From assembly GCA_019751125.1 (NCBI GenBank), contig JAIENU010000022.1:7524-71523 (forward strand): DNA of 64,000 nucleotides. Direction: 5' to 3'. The notes beneath the pieces were generated by a model. That model saw nothing but the letters and a program-made list of their open reading frames with translations. It had not been told where the DNA came from and did no database searches. The translations under genes and the position numbers were made by a program. This document shows, one piece after another, positions 22,718 through 34,406 of the stretch; the stretch's first letter is position 1, and each line of letters starts with the position of its first letter. Origin of the DNA: Burkholderiales bacterium. GTDB taxonomy: Bacteria; Pseudomonadota; Gammaproteobacteria; Burkholderiales; SG8-41.

Positions 22718-23959
22718 TCAGCGCGCCACGCCGTAGCGGTCGCGCACGTATTGATCGACGATGGCCTGGAATTCCTCGGCGATATGCTCACCCTTCAGCG
22801 TCACTGTTTTGACGCCATCGACAAACACCGGCGCCACCGGTGTCTCGCCGGAACCCGGCAGGCTGATGCCGATATTGGCCTGCTTGCTCTCCCCGGGACC
22901 GTTGACCACGCAACCCATCACCGCAACATGCATCTCCTCGACGCCGGGATATTTGCCGCGCCATTCCGGCATCTGCGCGCGCAGATAACCCTGGATGCGG
23001 TCGGCCAGTTCCTGGAATACCGTGCTGGTGGTGCGGCCGCAACCGGGGCAGGCAATCACCAGCGGCGTGAACGAACGCAGGCCCATGGTCTGCAGGATTT
23101 CCTGCGCCACCACCACCTCGCGGGTACGGTCGCCGCCCGGCTCCGGCGTCAATGACACGCGGATGGTGTCACCGATGCCTTCCTGCAGCAGCACCGCCAT
23201 CGCCGCGGTCGAGGCGACGATGCCCTTCGAACCCATGCCGGCCTCGGTCAGGCCGAGGTGCAGCGGATAGTCGCAGCGTGCGGCGAGGTCGCGATACACC
23301 GCGATCAGGTCCTGCACCCCGCTCACCTTGCAGGACAGCACGATGCGGTCGTGGGCAAGGCCCAGCGCCTCGGCCTGCTGCGCGCTTTCCAGCGCCGAGG
23401 TCACCAGCGCTTCGCGCATGATCACCGCGGCCTCCTTCGGCTGCGGCTGGCGCGCGTTGTCATCCATCAGCCGCGCCAGCAACGCCTGATCCAGACTGCC
23501 CCAGTTGACGCCGATGCGCACCGGCTTGCCGTAGCGGCAGGCAAATTCAATCATCGTCGCGAACTGCTCGTCGCGCTTCGCACCCTTGCCGACATTGCCG
23601 GGGTTGATGCGCAGCTTGGCCAGCGCCTCGGCGCAGGCCGGATGCTGGCTCAGCAGGCGATGGCCGTTGAAATGGAAATCGCCGACCAGCGGCACGCTGA
23701 CGCCGCGTTTTTCGAGACCTTCGCGGATCAGCGGCACGGCGGCGGCGGCCTCGGCATTGTTAACGGTGATGCGCACCACTTCCGAACCGGCCCGCGCCAG
23801 TGCAGCCACCTGCGCCACCGTCCCGGCAACGTCAGCGGTGTCGGTATTGGTCATCGACTGCACCAGAATCGGCGCATCACCGCCGATGCGGTGGCCGGCG
23901 ACATCGACACAGACACTGCGCCGACGCGGGGCCGGGCCATGGGCCGGCAGGCAAGTCAT
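22718..23959 (-). CDS. ispG: HMBPP synthase (GcpE)
   Basis: [30 protein letters not shown]; start uncertain. Confidence 0.97.
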   Translation of the reverse strand: MTCLPAHGPAPRRRSVCVDVAGHRIGGDAPILVQSMTNTDTADVAGTVAQVAALARAGSEVVRITVNNAEAAAAVPLIREGLEKRGVSVPLVGDFHFNGHRLLSQHPACAEALAKLRINPGNVGKGAKRDEQFATMIEFACRYGKPVRIGVNWGSLDQALLARLMDDNARQPQPKEAAVIMREALVTSALESAQQAEALGLAHDRIVLSCKVSGVQDLIAVYRDLAARCDYPLHLGLTEAGMGSKGIVASTAAMAVLLQEGIGDTIRVSLTPEPGGDRTREVVVAQEILQTMGLRSFTPLVIACPGCGRTTSTVFQELADRIQGYLRAQMPEWRGKYPGVEEMHVAVMGCVVNGPGESKQANIGISLPGSGETPVAPVFVDGVKTVTLKGEHIAEEFQAIVDQYVRDRYGVAR

Positions 23960-23999
23960 CGGTTTCGGATCATTCAAGGCTGAATCACTCAGGACCGGG

Positions 24000-24935
24000 T
24001 TATTCAAGAACCAGCCGCGCCACATCGGTCTTGGTGTGAGGCGCGAGATCGACCGCCTTGCCCTTGTAGCTCAGCTTCACGCCTGCGGCATTGCCGATCA
24101 CCACGTTCAGCGGCGCCGCACCCTGCACAGTCTGCATCGCACCCGCCGGGTTGAGCTGGGAAAACACCACGCGGTCGTTGCGGTCACGCACCTCGACCCA
24201 GGACTGGCGCTCGAAAACGAAGCGCAGCTCGCTGCCACCGGCCGCAGCCGGCTTGGCGGCAGCAACAGGTGCCGCAGTTGCAGGCTGCACCGCAGGCGAC
24301 GCCACCGGCGCTGTCACTGCCGGCGCCGCAACTGCGGGCGGTGTGGCCGCGGCAGAAATCGTGGAAGAAGACACCGCCTGCACCGCCGAAACATCCAATG
24401 GCGGCGCCGCAGGCGCCACGGTCTCCGTGGCTTCGACCACTGACAGCACTGGCGCAGGGTTGACCGGCAAGGGCACAGCCACCGGGGCCGACGCTGAGGC
24501 CGGAACCTCGGCTGCATCAGGCATCAGCCATTCGAAAATCAGCACGATTGCAGCCAGCAGCGCGACCGCCGCCGCAAACAAGGGCCAACGCGCGCTTCTG
24601 GTGTCCTGGAAGGGAATGTTCTGCGAATGCGGCACGGCATTGATCGCCGTGGTGGCGGTCTGCGACAACTCCAGCCGCGCCACCAGCGACTCTCCGTCGA
24701 GATCAACCAGGCGCGCATAGTTGCGCACAAAGCCGCGCACGAACACCGCACCGGGCAGCCTGGCGTAATCGTCGGCTTCCAGCGCCTCGATCTGATGCGG
24801 CGAAAGCTTCAGCTGCTGGGCAATTTCGGCAACGGTCTGGTTGCGCCGCTCGCGCGCTTCAGCGAGCACACGGCCGGGCCGCGGTCCTGCTGGTGCAGGC
24901 GCCTCCACCGTTGCCGGTTGTTCGATATCACTCAT
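24000..24935 (-). CDS. rodZ: Cytoskeleton protein RodZ
   Basis: N-terminal HTH ([10 protein letters not shown]), TM helix, Ala/Pro linker, DUF4115 (SWVEV..IGNA). Confidence 0.9.
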   Translation of the reverse strand: MSDIEQPATVEAPAPAGPRPGRVLAEARERRNQTVAEIAQQLKLSPHQIEALEADDYARLPGAVFVRGFVRNYARLVDLDGESLVARLELSQTATTAINAVPHSQNIPFQDTRSARWPLFAAAVALLAAIVLIFEWLMPDAAEVPASASAPVAVPLPVNPAPVLSVVEATETVAPAAPPLDVSAVQAVSSSTISAAATPPAVAAPAVTAPVASPAVQPATAAPVAAAKPAAAGGSELRFVFERQSWVEVRDRNDRVVFSQLNPAGAMQTVQGAAPLNVVIGNAAGVKLSYKGKAVDLAPHTKTDVARLVLE

Positions 24936-24955
24936 CGATATCTCTCATCGCCCAT

Positions 24956-25783
24956 TCATTCAAACCGTCCGGCCTGCAGCGCTTCGGCCTCCCGCGACTG
25001 CGGGAAATTGTTGCGCAGCTGATGGGCGTAACTTGCCTCGGCCACCGCATTGCCCATGCGCCGCTCGATGCGCAGGCCGAGCCAGAGGATCTCCGGGGTC
25101 GGCGGCACCAGTTGCACCAGCCGGCGCATGTAACCGTGCGCGCTGGCCGTATTGTTCGCGGCAAAGGCCAGGTCCGCGAGCTGGTACAGCGCCTGCGGCT
25201 GGTTCGGCCGCAGCGCGACAGCACGCTGGAAAAATTCCAGGGCGCCGGCATTGTCACCACGACGCCGCGCGCAGACACCGGCATTGACCAGCGAGCGTTC
25301 CGGCGCCTGGTACAGCGGGTTCTGCACGGCGGTGAGGAAATACTTGATGCCCTCGGCCTCGCGTTTGCGCTGGCAAAGGTACTGGCCGTAGTTGTTGTTG
25401 ACGTCGGGGTCGGCCGGCGCAAGGCGCAGCGCGCGCTGGAAGCTGTCCTCGGCACGGCGGTCATCCTTCAGCGCTGCAAACACCAGCCCGCCGACATTGA
25501 AGGCCGCTGCGTAAGTCGGATCGGACTGCTGGGCGATATTCACTTCCTCCAGCGCGACACCCAGGTTGCCCAGTTCGAAATAACCGGCCGCCAGTTCGGT
25601 ATGGATGCGCGCGCGGTTGCGCGCGTCACTTTCATTGCCCGAAGTCGAGGTCACCGGCTGCAGGTCACCGCTCTCAGGACTACCACCGGTCCCGGCGCAG
25701 GCAGAGATCAACGACGCCAACAACAGGACGGACAGCAGGTTCATAAAAATACTTTTAAAAACAATAGCTTGCATGTTAATCAT
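24956..25783 (-). CDS. pilW: Type IV pilus biogenesis/stability TPR lipoprotein PilW (PilF)
   Basis: Lipobox [26 protein letters not shown]; ATGA overlap with rlmN (alternative start 25744). Confidence 0.9.
   Translation of the reverse strand: MINMQAIVFKSIFMNLLSVLLLASLISACAGTGGSPESGDLQPVTSTSGNESDARNRARIHTELAAGYFELGNLGVALEEVNIAQQSDPTYAAAFNVGGLVFAALKDDRRAEDSFQRALRLAPADPDVNNNYGQYLCQRKREAEGIKYFLTAVQNPLYQAPERSLVNAGVCARRRGDNAGALEFFQRAVALRPNQPQALYQLADLAFAANNTASAHGYMRRLVQLVPPTPEILWLGLRIERRMGNAVAEASYAHQLRNNFPQSREAEALQAGRFE
25745..25771 (+). repeat. Dispersed AT-rich IHF-like element, copy 6 (variant)
   Basis: AAAAATACTTTTAAAAACAATAGCTTG; antisense within the pilW signal-peptide codons. Confidence 0.65.
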
Positions 25784-26931
25784 ACCCTGCGCTCCTCGAG
25801 GCGACGCTGGACGCGCCGGGTTTTGTCCTTGACCTGACCAGCCAACTGGCCGCAGGCGGCATCAATGGTATCGCCACGGGTCTTGCGCACCGTGGTGGTC
25901 AGCCCGGCCTGGTGCAGCACATCGCGGAATGCCGCAATCGCCGGCGCTGATGAACGCTGGTAGCCGGAATCCGGGAAGGGATTGAACGGGATCAGGTTGA
26001 TCTTGCAAGGCACCGGTTTCACCACCCGCGCCAGTTCCCGTGCGTGGGCCACGCTGTCATTGACGCCGTCGAGCATCACATACTCGAAGGTCACGAAATC
26101 ACGCGGTGCGCGTTCGATGTAACGCAGGCAGGCATCAAGCAGCGCCTTGATCGGATACTTGCGGTTGATCGGCACAAGCTGGTCGCGCAGCGCATCATTG
26201 GGCGCATGCAGCGACACCGCCAGCGCCACCGGACAGGCTTCACGCAACCGGTCCAGCGCCGGCACCATGCCCGAGGTTGACAGGGTCAGCCGCCGCCGCG
26301 AAATGCCGTAGGCGTGGTCATCGAGCATCAGCTGCATCGCGGCCACCACGTTGTCGTAGTTGGCCAGCGGCTCGCCCATGCCCATCATCACCACATTGGT
26401 GATCGGCCGTTCGATGCCGAGGTCGGCAGACAGGCAGCGGCTGGCATGCCACAGCTGGCCGATGATTTCGGCGACACCGAGATTGCGGTTGAAGCCCTGG
26501 CGGCCGGTGGAGCAGAAGGAGCATTCCAGCGCGCAGCCGGCCTGCGAGGAGATGCACAAAGTGCCGCGGTAACGGCGGCCGCTGCGGTTCTCACCGCCGC
26601 TTTCGTCCCTCTCGCCATCCTCATCGGGGTCGATATCACCCTCGGGGATGTAGACCGCCTCGATCGCGTTGCCGGTGCCGACGTCGAACAGCCACTTGCG
26701 GGTGCCGTCCGGCGCGGTGGAATCCTTGAGCACCGGCGGCGCCGCGATCACCGCGCATTCAGCCAGCTTTGCACGGAAGTCGCGCGACACATCCGACATC
26801 GCGTCGAAGCTGTCGACACCGGCCTGGTGGATCCAGCGCAGCATCTGCCGCGCCCGGAACGGCTTCTCGCCCCGCTCGGCGCACCAGTGTTCGAACTGGC
26901 TGCGGTTGAACCCGAGCAGGTTGACGGTCAT
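25780..26931 (-). CDS. rlmN: Dual-specificity RNA methyltransferase RlmN
   Basis: [30 protein letters not shown]. Confidence 0.97.
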   Translation of the reverse strand: MTVNLLGFNRSQFEHWCAERGEKPFRARQMLRWIHQAGVDSFDAMSDVSRDFRAKLAECAVIAAPPVLKDSTAPDGTRKWLFDVGTGNAIEAVYIPEGDIDPDEDGERDESGGENRSGRRYRGTLCISSQAGCALECSFCSTGRQGFNRNLGVAEIIGQLWHASRCLSADLGIERPITNVVMMGMGEPLANYDNVVAAMQLMLDDHAYGISRRRLTLSTSGMVPALDRLREACPVALAVSLHAPNDALRDQLVPINRKYPIKALLDACLRYIERAPRDFVTFEYVMLDGVNDSVAHARELARVVKPVPCKINLIPFNPFPDSGYQRSSAPAIAAFRDVLHQAGLTTTVRKTRGDTIDAACGQLAGQVKDKTRRVQRRLEERRV

Positions 26932-26954
26932 GGTTGAAGGCTGCGGAGTGCCAC

Positions 26955-27380
26955 TCAGCGCGAGTGTACTTCCAGCGCGGGGAAGAAGTAGGCGATTTCG
27001 ACTGCAGCGGTTTCCGGCGAATCCGAACCGTGCACCGCATTGGCATCGATGCTGTCGGCGAAATCCGCGCGGATCGTGCCCTTGTCGGCTTTCTTCGGAT
27101 CAGTAGCCCCCATCAGGTCGCGGTTTTTAAGGATCGCGTTGTCGCCTTCCAGCACCTGGATCATCACCGGGCCGGAAATCATGAAGGCCACCAGCTCGCC
27201 AAAAAACGGGCGCGCTTTGTGCACCGCATAAAAACCTTCGGCTTGGGCGCGCGAAAGCTGGGTCATGCGCGCGGCAACAATGCGCAGGCCGGCACCCTCG
27301 AAACGGGCGTAAATCTGGCCGATCACGTTTTTGGCAACGGCATCGGGCTTGATGATGGACAGGGTGCGTTCGACAGCCAT
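26955..27380 (-). CDS. ndk: Nucleoside diphosphate kinase
   Basis: [28 protein letters not shown]. Confidence 0.98.
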   Translation of the reverse strand: MAVERTLSIIKPDAVAKNVIGQIYARFEGAGLRIVAARMTQLSRAQAEGFYAVHKARPFFGELVAFMISGPVMIQVLEGDNAILKNRDLMGATDPKKADKGTIRADFADSIDANAVHGSDSPETAAVEIAYFFPALEVHSR

Positions 27381-27442
27381 GAAATCCTCGACTTATTCGG
27401 GTTAAGAAATGCGTTAAAAAACAACCCGCGAGGATAGCACGA

Positions 27443-27455
27443 TAAGGTGTTGATA
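27443..27455 (-). promoter_or_regulatory. IHF consensus core upstream of ndk
   Basis: TATCAACACCTTA matches WATCAANNNNTTR. Confidence 0.5.
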
Positions 27456-27609
27456 AAAGGCGAATTGGGGAAAATCGACGGGCGAAAAACACGCCAACGG
27501 CACCCCGGTTGACCGCCATTTTTCAGCCGTTTTTCAGCCGCATTGCAGCCTCCTGCCAAGCGGAAAAACGCTGCGCAGACAGGGGCATAGCCCCTGCCCG
27601 CCCTCTCCC

Positions 27610-29736
27610 TCAGGCTGCGGCCGAACGCGACCGCAGCCGCTGCCAGGCGTAGATCGGCGCTCCGACCAGCAGGCCGATCATGTCGGTCACCGTGCCGGGA
27701 TGGATCAGGCACAGCGAAGCCACAAACAGCACCACCCGCAGCGGCATCGCCAGACGGCCGCCGAACCAGCCCTCGGTCGATCCGGCAAGGAACCAGACCC
27801 CGATCGAAGCCGATACGATGGCCTGGATGATCGCCAGCGGATCGCCTTTCATCAGCAGCACGGGGCTGAAATAGAACATGAACGGCACCAGGAAGGTGGC
27901 CAGCCCCATTTTCATCGCAATCCACGAGGTCTTCCAGGGATCGGCGTTGCACATGCCGGCAGCGGCAAAGGAAGCCAGTGCCACCGGTGGCGTGATTGCC
28001 GAAATCACCGCGAAATAAAAAATGAACAGGTGCGCCACCAGCGGTGCCACGCCGATCTTGGTCAGGCCCGGCGCCAGCACTGCGGCGGCAATGGCGTAGG
28101 CCGCGGTGGTCGGCATGCCCATGCCGAGGATCAGCGCCACACCGGCGACAAACACCATCGCCAGCAGCTGATTGGCGCCGGCGATGCCGAGGATCATCTC
28201 GGAGAAACGGCCGCCGATGCCGGTCAGCGCCACCACGCCGACGATGATGCCGGCACAGGCACAGACTGCCACCAGCTGGATGGTGTCGCGTGCGGCAAGG
28301 TTCAGCCCCTCCACTGTCTTGCGCCAGCCGAACATCCAGACCAGGCCGAGCAGAACCACGACGGGCACCGCGGTGCCGGCCCAGTCGCCGGCATGCGGTT
28401 TGACCAGTGCCGGCACATGCACCACCACCAGCGAGGCTGCGGCGCCTATCGCAACCAGGGCGCCAATGCGCACCAGCAAGGCGGTCGCGAATGCGATGTC
28501 CAGTCCTGCAGGCGCGAGAGCCGGATCCGCGCCTTCCAGATCACGGAAACGCATGGCCAGCCAGCCGGCAATCAGCGCGGTCAGGATGCCCAGGCCGCCG
28601 GCACGGAATGGCGAGTAGCCTTCGAGCAAAGCCCACACCAGCACCACGATGGGCGCGAACAGATAAACCCGCTTCAGCATCTCGTACAACGGCGGCAGTT
28701 CATCCTTGCGCAGTCCGCGCAGACCCAGGCGGATTGCGTGCAGGTCGACGTGGATCCAGCAGGCGATGTAGAACAGCAGCGCCGGAATCACCGCAGCGAG
28801 CGCGATCTCGGTGTACGGGATGCCGGTGATCTCGGCCATCAGGAAGGCACCCGCGCCGAGCACCGGCGGCGTGATCTGGCCGCCGGTCGAGGATGTGGCC
28901 TCGATCGCCGCGGCAGTCGGCTTGTCGTAACCGACCTTGCGCATCATCGGGATGGTCACCATGCCCGAGGCCACCACATTGGCCACCGCCGAACCGGAAA
29001 TCGAACCGAACAGCACGCCCGATGCAACCGCCGCCTTCGCCGGCCCGCCGCGCGCCCAGCCGAACATCGCGTTGCACAGGTCGTTGATGTAATCGCCGAC
29101 CTTGGACACCTGCAGAAAAGCGGCAAAACAGACAAACAGGATGATGTACGAGGACGAAACCTGGGTGGTCACGCCGAAGATGCCGTATTCGCTGTAGATA
29201 TAGGTGAAAAAGCGGTCAACGGCAAAACCCTTGTGCTGCAGCACACCGGGCATCCACGGCCCGACGAAGCAGTAAAGAATGAAGATGCCCGCGATGATCG
29301 GCAATGCAAGCCCCGAGGTGCGTCGGCCGAACTCGAGGATCAGCAGCGTGCCGACCAGTCCGGTGATGACATCGCCGCGGGTGAACTGGGCGCCGGCGCG
29401 AAACAGCAGGCCATCGAGTTCAACGGTGATGTACACCGCGCAGGCCAGCGAAGCCACGACCAGCAGCCAGTCGTACCAGGGCACGCCGTCGCGCCGCGAA
29501 CGGCTGCTGGCGGCGTAGATCATGAATCCGATCGCCCCGCCCCAGCCGACGTGCACCGCTCGGAACAGCAGCGGCTCCAGCGAATAGACGTTGAGCACGA
29601 GCAGGTGAAACGCCGTGAAGCCGACACAGAGTACGGCCAGTGTCACTGCCTGCCAACCGGCCAGTTGCCGCTTGTTGCCGGCAAACTCCTCGTCTGACAG
29701 CGGCGCCTTTATCTCTTCATTTGCGGATACGCTCAT
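27610..29736 (-). CDS. TRAP transporter fused 4TM/12TM permease (TAXI type)
   Basis: GGPAKAAV, SGSAVANV, GGQITPPVLGA, GMGMPTTAAY, ITPPVALA. Confidence 0.93.
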   Translation of the reverse strand: MSVSANEEIKAPLSDEEFAGNKRQLAGWQAVTLAVLCVGFTAFHLLVLNVYSLEPLLFRAVHVGWGGAIGFMIYAASSRSRRDGVPWYDWLLVVASLACAVYITVELDGLLFRAGAQFTRGDVITGLVGTLLILEFGRRTSGLALPIIAGIFILYCFVGPWMPGVLQHKGFAVDRFFTYIYSEYGIFGVTTQVSSSYIILFVCFAAFLQVSKVGDYINDLCNAMFGWARGGPAKAAVASGVLFGSISGSAVANVVASGMVTIPMMRKVGYDKPTAAAIEATSSTGGQITPPVLGAGAFLMAEITGIPYTEIALAAVIPALLFYIACWIHVDLHAIRLGLRGLRKDELPPLYEMLKRVYLFAPIVVLVWALLEGYSPFRAGGLGILTALIAGWLAMRFRDLEGADPALAPAGLDIAFATALLVRIGALVAIGAAASLVVVHVPALVKPHAGDWAGTAVPVVVLLGLVWMFGWRKTVEGLNLAARDTIQLVAVCACAGIIVGVVALTGIGGRFSEMILGIAGANQLLAMVFVAGVALILGMGMPTTAAYAIAAAVLAPGLTKIGVAPLVAHLFIFYFAVISAITPPVALASFAAAGMCNADPWKTSWIAMKMGLATFLVPFMFYFSPVLLMKGDPLAIIQAIVSASIGVWFLAGSTEGWFGGRLAMPLRVVLFVASLCLIHPGTVTDMIGLLVGAPIYAWQRLRSRSAAA

Positions 29737-29766
29737 GCCTGCCCTTTCAGCCCCGAACCCGACATC

Positions 29767-29803
29767 AAAAAAAACCGCACTGTGCATGCGCCCAGTGCGG
29801 TTT
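29767..29803 (-). terminator. Terminator-like hairpin between TAXI receptor and permease
   Basis: AAACCGCACTG/CAGTGCGGTTT stem followed by a U-run on the minus strand. Confidence 0.7.
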
Positions 29804-29864
29804 GTTCACTGCATTCCGGCTTCAGCCGGGATCAGCCTCCGGTTCTCCGTTCCAGCCGTAACCG

Positions 29865-30866
29865 TCAGCCCTTGTATTCCGGAGGAATCAGGTGCTTGGG
29901 CACGGTGATGCCCTTCTCGCGGAAGTAGCGGATCGCACCCGGATGGAAGGGCAGGAAGCCGTTACGGTTCCAGTTTTGCAGCAGCGTTTCCTTGGCTGCG
30001 GCATGTCCCTTGACCATCTGCGCGTTGTTTTCAAGCACGGCCTTGACCACGGCATAGACCAGGTCGTCGGACACATCCTTGTTGGCGATCGCGAAGTTGT
30101 AGAGGCCGACCGTCTTGTGGTCCTCGGTCTGCTGCTTGTAGGTGCCTTTCGGGATCACCGAATCCGACAGCTCGGGCAGCGCCGCCTTGATCCGCTTCAA
30201 CTCGTCGTCGGTGAAGGTGAAGAAGCGCACCTTGTTGGTGGTCTCGAGTTCAGAGTAGGCCGCAATCGGCACGCCGGCACAGAACGGGAAGGCATCAATC
30301 AGGCCGTCCTGCAGGTTGGCCGACATGTCCGAGGCCTGGCCGTTGCGGATGGTGGTGTCGATGCCCAGCGCCTTGAACATCAGCGGGAAGTAGGTGCCGC
30401 AGGTGCCGGCGCGGGGGCCGACGCCGGAACGCTTCCCGGCGAGCTCCTTCACCGTCTTGATGCCCGATTTCTCGAGCGCAACAAAATGGAAGGGCGTGTC
30501 ATACATCGGGAAAATCGCGCGGATGTTGCTGAACTTCTGGCCCTTGGTCCAGTCGCCCTTGCCTTCCCAGGCCTGCAGCGCCACACCCATCGTCGTCATG
30601 CCGAAATCGATCTGCTTCGAATCGGCAAGGATGATGTTCTGGTTCGGCCCCTGCGTCTGCTGCGTGCTGATGTTGGTGCCGATCTTTTCATTGACCAGGC
30701 TGGCCCAGACCTGCCCGTAGACAAAATAGGTGCCGCCGACCGAAGCTGTGCCCAGCGTCAGGTTGGCCGGCCATTTCGGATTCGGTTTGGCCTGTGCATG
30801 GGCGCCGGTGGCGCAGACAAGTCCGGCCGCAGCAATGGCTGCAGCAAACAGTTTGGCGATTTTCAT
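29865..30866 (-). CDS. TAXI family TRAP solute-binding protein
   Basis: Signal peptide AHA, GTASVGGTYFVYG, PFHPGAIRYFRE. Confidence 0.93.
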   Translation of the reverse strand: MKIAKLFAAAIAAAGLVCATGAHAQAKPNPKWPANLTLGTASVGGTYFVYGQVWASLVNEKIGTNISTQQTQGPNQNIILADSKQIDFGMTTMGVALQAWEGKGDWTKGQKFSNIRAIFPMYDTPFHFVALEKSGIKTVKELAGKRSGVGPRAGTCGTYFPLMFKALGIDTTIRNGQASDMSANLQDGLIDAFPFCAGVPIAAYSELETTNKVRFFTFTDDELKRIKAALPELSDSVIPKGTYKQQTEDHKTVGLYNFAIANKDVSDDLVYAVVKAVLENNAQMVKGHAAAKETLLQNWNRNGFLPFHPGAIRYFREKGITVPKHLIPPEYKG

Positions 30867-31082
30867 GTAACCCTCCTCAGGTTTGTCGGTCTTTGCATGC
30901 CGGAAACCGTACTCACCGCGGCGGTTTCAGTTTTTTTATTATTGCGGCGCATGTCGTGCAGCTTGTTTTTATGCGATTGCGTCAGCAGAAACTGCCAGGG
31001 CAGGTTAGCACAAAGCCCGGGGCGTTTGGCAATCCCGGCGGGGCCGCTGCCCGCCGTCACTCAACAGCGGCTTGGCCGCCGT

Positions 31083-32384
31083 TTAATCAATGCGCCATCG
31101 CGGCAGCCATCCTGCCGTGCTCCGCTGCGACTGGAATTGCACATCGACACCGACACCAGGCACCGCGGCAAGCCGCTCGCCGACAAACAGCAGCGGCAGA
31201 CGGTCCCGTTGCCACGGCGGCAACGCCGCTTCCTGCAACAGATTGCGCAGGGTGCGCCGCGGCCCGCCGGCATGCAATTGCAGGCGTTCACCGCCAACGC
31301 GTGCACGCACCGTAAGAGTGCGCAGCCAGCGTGCGGCCAGCCCCCCCTGCCCTGCCCGCAGCATCTCCAGGCTGCCACCCAATTCCGGCAGCTGCAGCAG
31401 GCCGCGACCGTTCCAGGCCCGCGCAAAACCGGCCGGCAACGGCGGCAGCTTGCGCACCAGATGCAGTTCGCCGCGAAAGCGGCGCGCCGACAGCGGACCC
31501 AGATCAATCTGCAGCCGCGCATCCTCGCGGCTTTCGAGCACCTGCCGCAGCAACTCATCCAGCCGGGACGCATCGGGCATCACCAGCCCGCGCTGGCGCA
31601 GGTGGTAACGCAGCACATTGCGCGCGCGCGGCGCCGGCATCCCGGCCAGCATCGCCACCCGCAGCGTGGCCCCGCTGCCGGCATCGAGATCGATGCGCGC
31701 AAGATCATCAAGCAGCACCGCAGCCTCGACCTGCAACCGCGCGCCGCGCGCCAGCACCGCGACGGCACCGGGCAGGCGCTGCTCGATCAGCGGCAATACT
31801 TCATGGCGCAGGAAATTGCGGGTGTAGGCGGTATCCACATTGCTGTCGTCCTCGACCCAGCGCAGCCGGTGGCGCCGCGCATGCGCCGCGATATCGGCCC
31901 GCGGCACACCCAGCAGCGGCCGCCACAGGGCCGGCTCGCCGGCGCGGAATTCAGGCATCGCCGCGAGGCCGCGCGGGCCGGCGCCGCGCAACAGCTGCAG
32001 CAGGACCGTTTCGGACTGGTCATCACGGTTATGGGCCAGCGCGATCACTGATGCCGCACTCTTTGCGAATGCCTCGTAACGCGCGCTGCGCGCTGCCGCC
32101 TCGGTGCTGTTGCCGCGGGCAACCTCGACCTTGTGCACGCGCAGCGGCACGCCCAGTTCGCGGCAATAACGCCGGCAATGTGCGGCCCAGGCGGCAGCAG
32201 CGGGATTGATCTGGTGGTTAACATGGATGGCGCGGAGCCTTGAGGGCGGCAGCTTCAGGCTGCAGCGCAAAAGATGCAGCAGCACCACGGAATCGATGCC
32301 GCCGCTGAGGGCAACGGCGAAGGTGGCATCTTCCAGATGATGCGCGGTGATTGACGCTGCAAGCTGCCGGGCCAGCACATCCAT
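31083..32384 (-). CDS. tilS: tRNA(Ile)-lysidine synthetase
   Basis: ALSGGIDS, EAAARSARY, AHNRDDQSET, RNFLRH; follows accA. Confidence 0.95.
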   Translation of the reverse strand: MDVLARQLAASITAHHLEDATFAVALSGGIDSVVLLHLLRCSLKLPPSRLRAIHVNHQINPAAAAWAAHCRRYCRELGVPLRVHKVEVARGNSTEAAARSARYEAFAKSAASVIALAHNRDDQSETVLLQLLRGAGPRGLAAMPEFRAGEPALWRPLLGVPRADIAAHARRHRLRWVEDDSNVDTAYTRNFLRHEVLPLIEQRLPGAVAVLARGARLQVEAAVLLDDLARIDLDAGSGATLRVAMLAGMPAPRARNVLRYHLRQRGLVMPDASRLDELLRQVLESREDARLQIDLGPLSARRFRGELHLVRKLPPLPAGFARAWNGRGLLQLPELGGSLEMLRAGQGGLAARWLRTLTVRARVGGERLQLHAGGPRRTLRNLLQEAALPPWQRDRLPLLFVGERLAAVPGVGVDVQFQSQRSTAGWLPRWRID

Positions 32385-32409
32385 CGTGATCTGGCACCGC
32401 GCCGCGGAC

Positions 32410-33378
32410 TCAGCGGCTCTCGGCTTCCTTGAATGCGCCGTAGCCCATCAGCCGCTCGAAGCGCGCTTCCAGCAGCTTGTCCACCGGCGTATCGCGCAGC
32501 TGGCGCCAGCTTTCCTGCAGGGCTTTTTTCAGGGTCTGCATCATCAGCTCGGGGTCGCGATGCGCGCCACCCAGCGGCTCGGCCACCACCTTGTCGATCA
32601 ACCCCAGCGCCTTCAGGCGCGTCGCGGTGATGCCCAGCGTTTCCGCGGCCTCGGGTGCACGCTCGGCGCTTTTCCACAGGATCGAAGCACAGCCTTCAGG
32701 TGAAATCACCGAATAGGTCGAGTATTGCAGCATCAGCGTGGTGTCGCCGACTGCAATCGCCAGCGCACCGCCGGAACCACCCTCGCCGATCACCGTGCAG
32801 ATCACCGGCACTTTGAGCCCGGCCATCACATACAGGTTGTGGCCGATGGCCTCGGACTGGCCGCGCTCTTCGGCGCCGACACCGGGATAGGCGCCGGGCG
32901 TGTCGATGAAGGTGAATACCGGGAACCCGAATTTTTCGGCGAGCCTCATCAGGCGCAGCGCCTTGCGGTACCCCTCGGGACGCGGCATGCCGAAGTTGCG
33001 GTAGATCTTGTCCTTGGTGTCGCGGCCCTTCTGGTGGCCGATCAGCACCACGCTCTGGCCGCCGAAACGCGCGAGACCGCCGACGATGGCCGGATCATCG
33101 GCATAGGCGCGGTCGCCATGCAGTTCCTCGAAATCGGTGAATACGCCGGCCGCGTAATCGAGCGTGTACGGGCGCTGCGGATGGCGCGCAACCTGGGCGA
33201 TCTGCCAGGACGTGAGCTTGGCGTAGATGTCCTTGGTGAGCGCCTGGCTTTTTTTCTGCAGCCGCGAGATTTCCTCGGAAATGTCGAGCGCGGAATCATC
33301 CTGCACAAAGCGCAGTTCATCGATCTTGGTTTCGAGATCGGCAATCGGCTGCTCGAAGTCGAGGAAGGTCGTTTTCAT
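32410..33378 (-). CDS. accA: Acetyl-CoA carboxylase carboxyltransferase alpha
   Basis: [33 protein letters not shown]. Confidence 0.98.
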   Translation of the reverse strand: MKTTFLDFEQPIADLETKIDELRFVQDDSALDISEEISRLQKKSQALTKDIYAKLTSWQIAQVARHPQRPYTLDYAAGVFTDFEELHGDRAYADDPAIVGGLARFGGQSVVLIGHQKGRDTKDKIYRNFGMPRPEGYRKALRLMRLAEKFGFPVFTFIDTPGAYPGVGAEERGQSEAIGHNLYVMAGLKVPVICTVIGEGGSGGALAIAVGDTTLMLQYSTYSVISPEGCASILWKSAERAPEAAETLGITATRLKALGLIDKVVAEPLGGAHRDPELMMQTLKKALQESWRQLRDTPVDKLLEARFERLMGYGAFKEAESR

Positions 33379-33427
33379 GGGCGCGAATGATACAGGATGG
33401 GCAGGCAGCCGGGCTTCAGCCGGCCAT

Positions 33428-34288
33428 TCACGGCTTCAGGTATTTCGCAAAAAACGCCTCGCTGCGTTTCAGCGTGTCTTCCATCGCCACACGGTTCGGG
33501 GCATGGCTTTGCTTGGTTTTGCCGGGATCGTCGTAGGAGTGGTGTGCGCCGTCATACCAGTAAAACTCAAGCTCGGCGCCACGGCCGCGCAGCGTTTCGG
33601 CGAAACTGCGGCACACCACCGGGGACACTTCGTCATCGTTTTCCGCCACCGCCAGCAACAGCGGCGCATAGGGCTTGTAGCCGGATTCTGCGGCCTGGGT
33701 GCGGCAACTTGGATAAATCGCCAGCGCCGCACGGAATCCGTTCGCCGGTGACGGATCCTTCAGTCCCGGCGGCTGCGGCGCCATCGTCGACAGCACGGTC
33801 ATGCCGCCGTTGGACCAGCCCTGCAAACCGATGCGATCCGGGATGACGTCGGCGCGGGTGCGCAGGTAGGCCAGCGCACCATAGGCGTCGAGCGGACGCG
33901 CCGTGATTTCGCTGACCTCGCCCGGCCGGCTGCTGTAGGAATGTTTGGCAAAACCTTCGGGATAACCGCGCGGACCGAAACTGTCGACATGGATGGCGAC
34001 GTAGCCGCGCTCGGCCCAGTAACGGCCCCACATCCTGTGGCGCATGGTCAGCGCATCGGCATCGTACTGGCCTTTTTTCAGCGACGAGTACGAACCGGCA
34101 CGGCCGTGCATCATCACCACCGCCGGATAACGACCCGGTGCCTGCGGTTTGAATACATAGCCGGTGAGTTCGGTACGACCGTCGGCACTGGCAAATCGCA
34201 CCGTTTCCGGCGCCGCCGGTTCGCCGGCGATGGCACGGCCCGCACCGGCCAGCAGCAGCACCAGCAGCCAACTGCGAATGTTATTCAT
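33428..34288 (-). CDS. Exported dienelactone-hydrolase-family alpha/beta hydrolase
   Basis: Signal peptide, GWSNGG nucleophile elbow, GAHHSYD. Confidence 0.85.
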   Translation of the reverse strand: MNNIRSWLLVLLLAGAGRAIAGEPAAPETVRFASADGRTELTGYVFKPQAPGRYPAVVMMHGRAGSYSSLKKGQYDADALTMRHRMWGRYWAERGYVAIHVDSFGPRGYPEGFAKHSYSSRPGEVSEITARPLDAYGALAYLRTRADVIPDRIGLQGWSNGGMTVLSTMAPQPPGLKDPSPANGFRAALAIYPSCRTQAAESGYKPYAPLLLAVAENDDEVSPVVCRSFAETLRGRGAELEFYWYDGAHHSYDDPGKTKQSHAPNRVAMEDTLKRSEAFFAKYLKP

Positions 34289-34376
34289 CCGGATATCCCC
34301 GCCTGTCCTGCGCCCGAAAAACAAGTCCGCAAGATAACAGGTCATCAGCCCTTAAAAAACGCTCGCAATATAATTT

Positions 34377-34406
34377 CAAGCCATTGTTTTTATTGAATAT
34401 TTTTTT
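34377..34406 (-). repeat. Dispersed AT-rich IHF-like element, copy 7
   Basis: AAAAAAATATTCAATAAAAACAATGGCTTG; encodes the MFS C-terminus KNIQ and its stop. Confidence 0.85.

Noticed and set aside
29892-32051. Long + strand ORFs (also 15149-17167, 27700-29697, 45846-48071, 56921-58531)
   Set aside because: Antisense shadows of well-supported genes, expected in high-GC DNA; no recognisable motifs.
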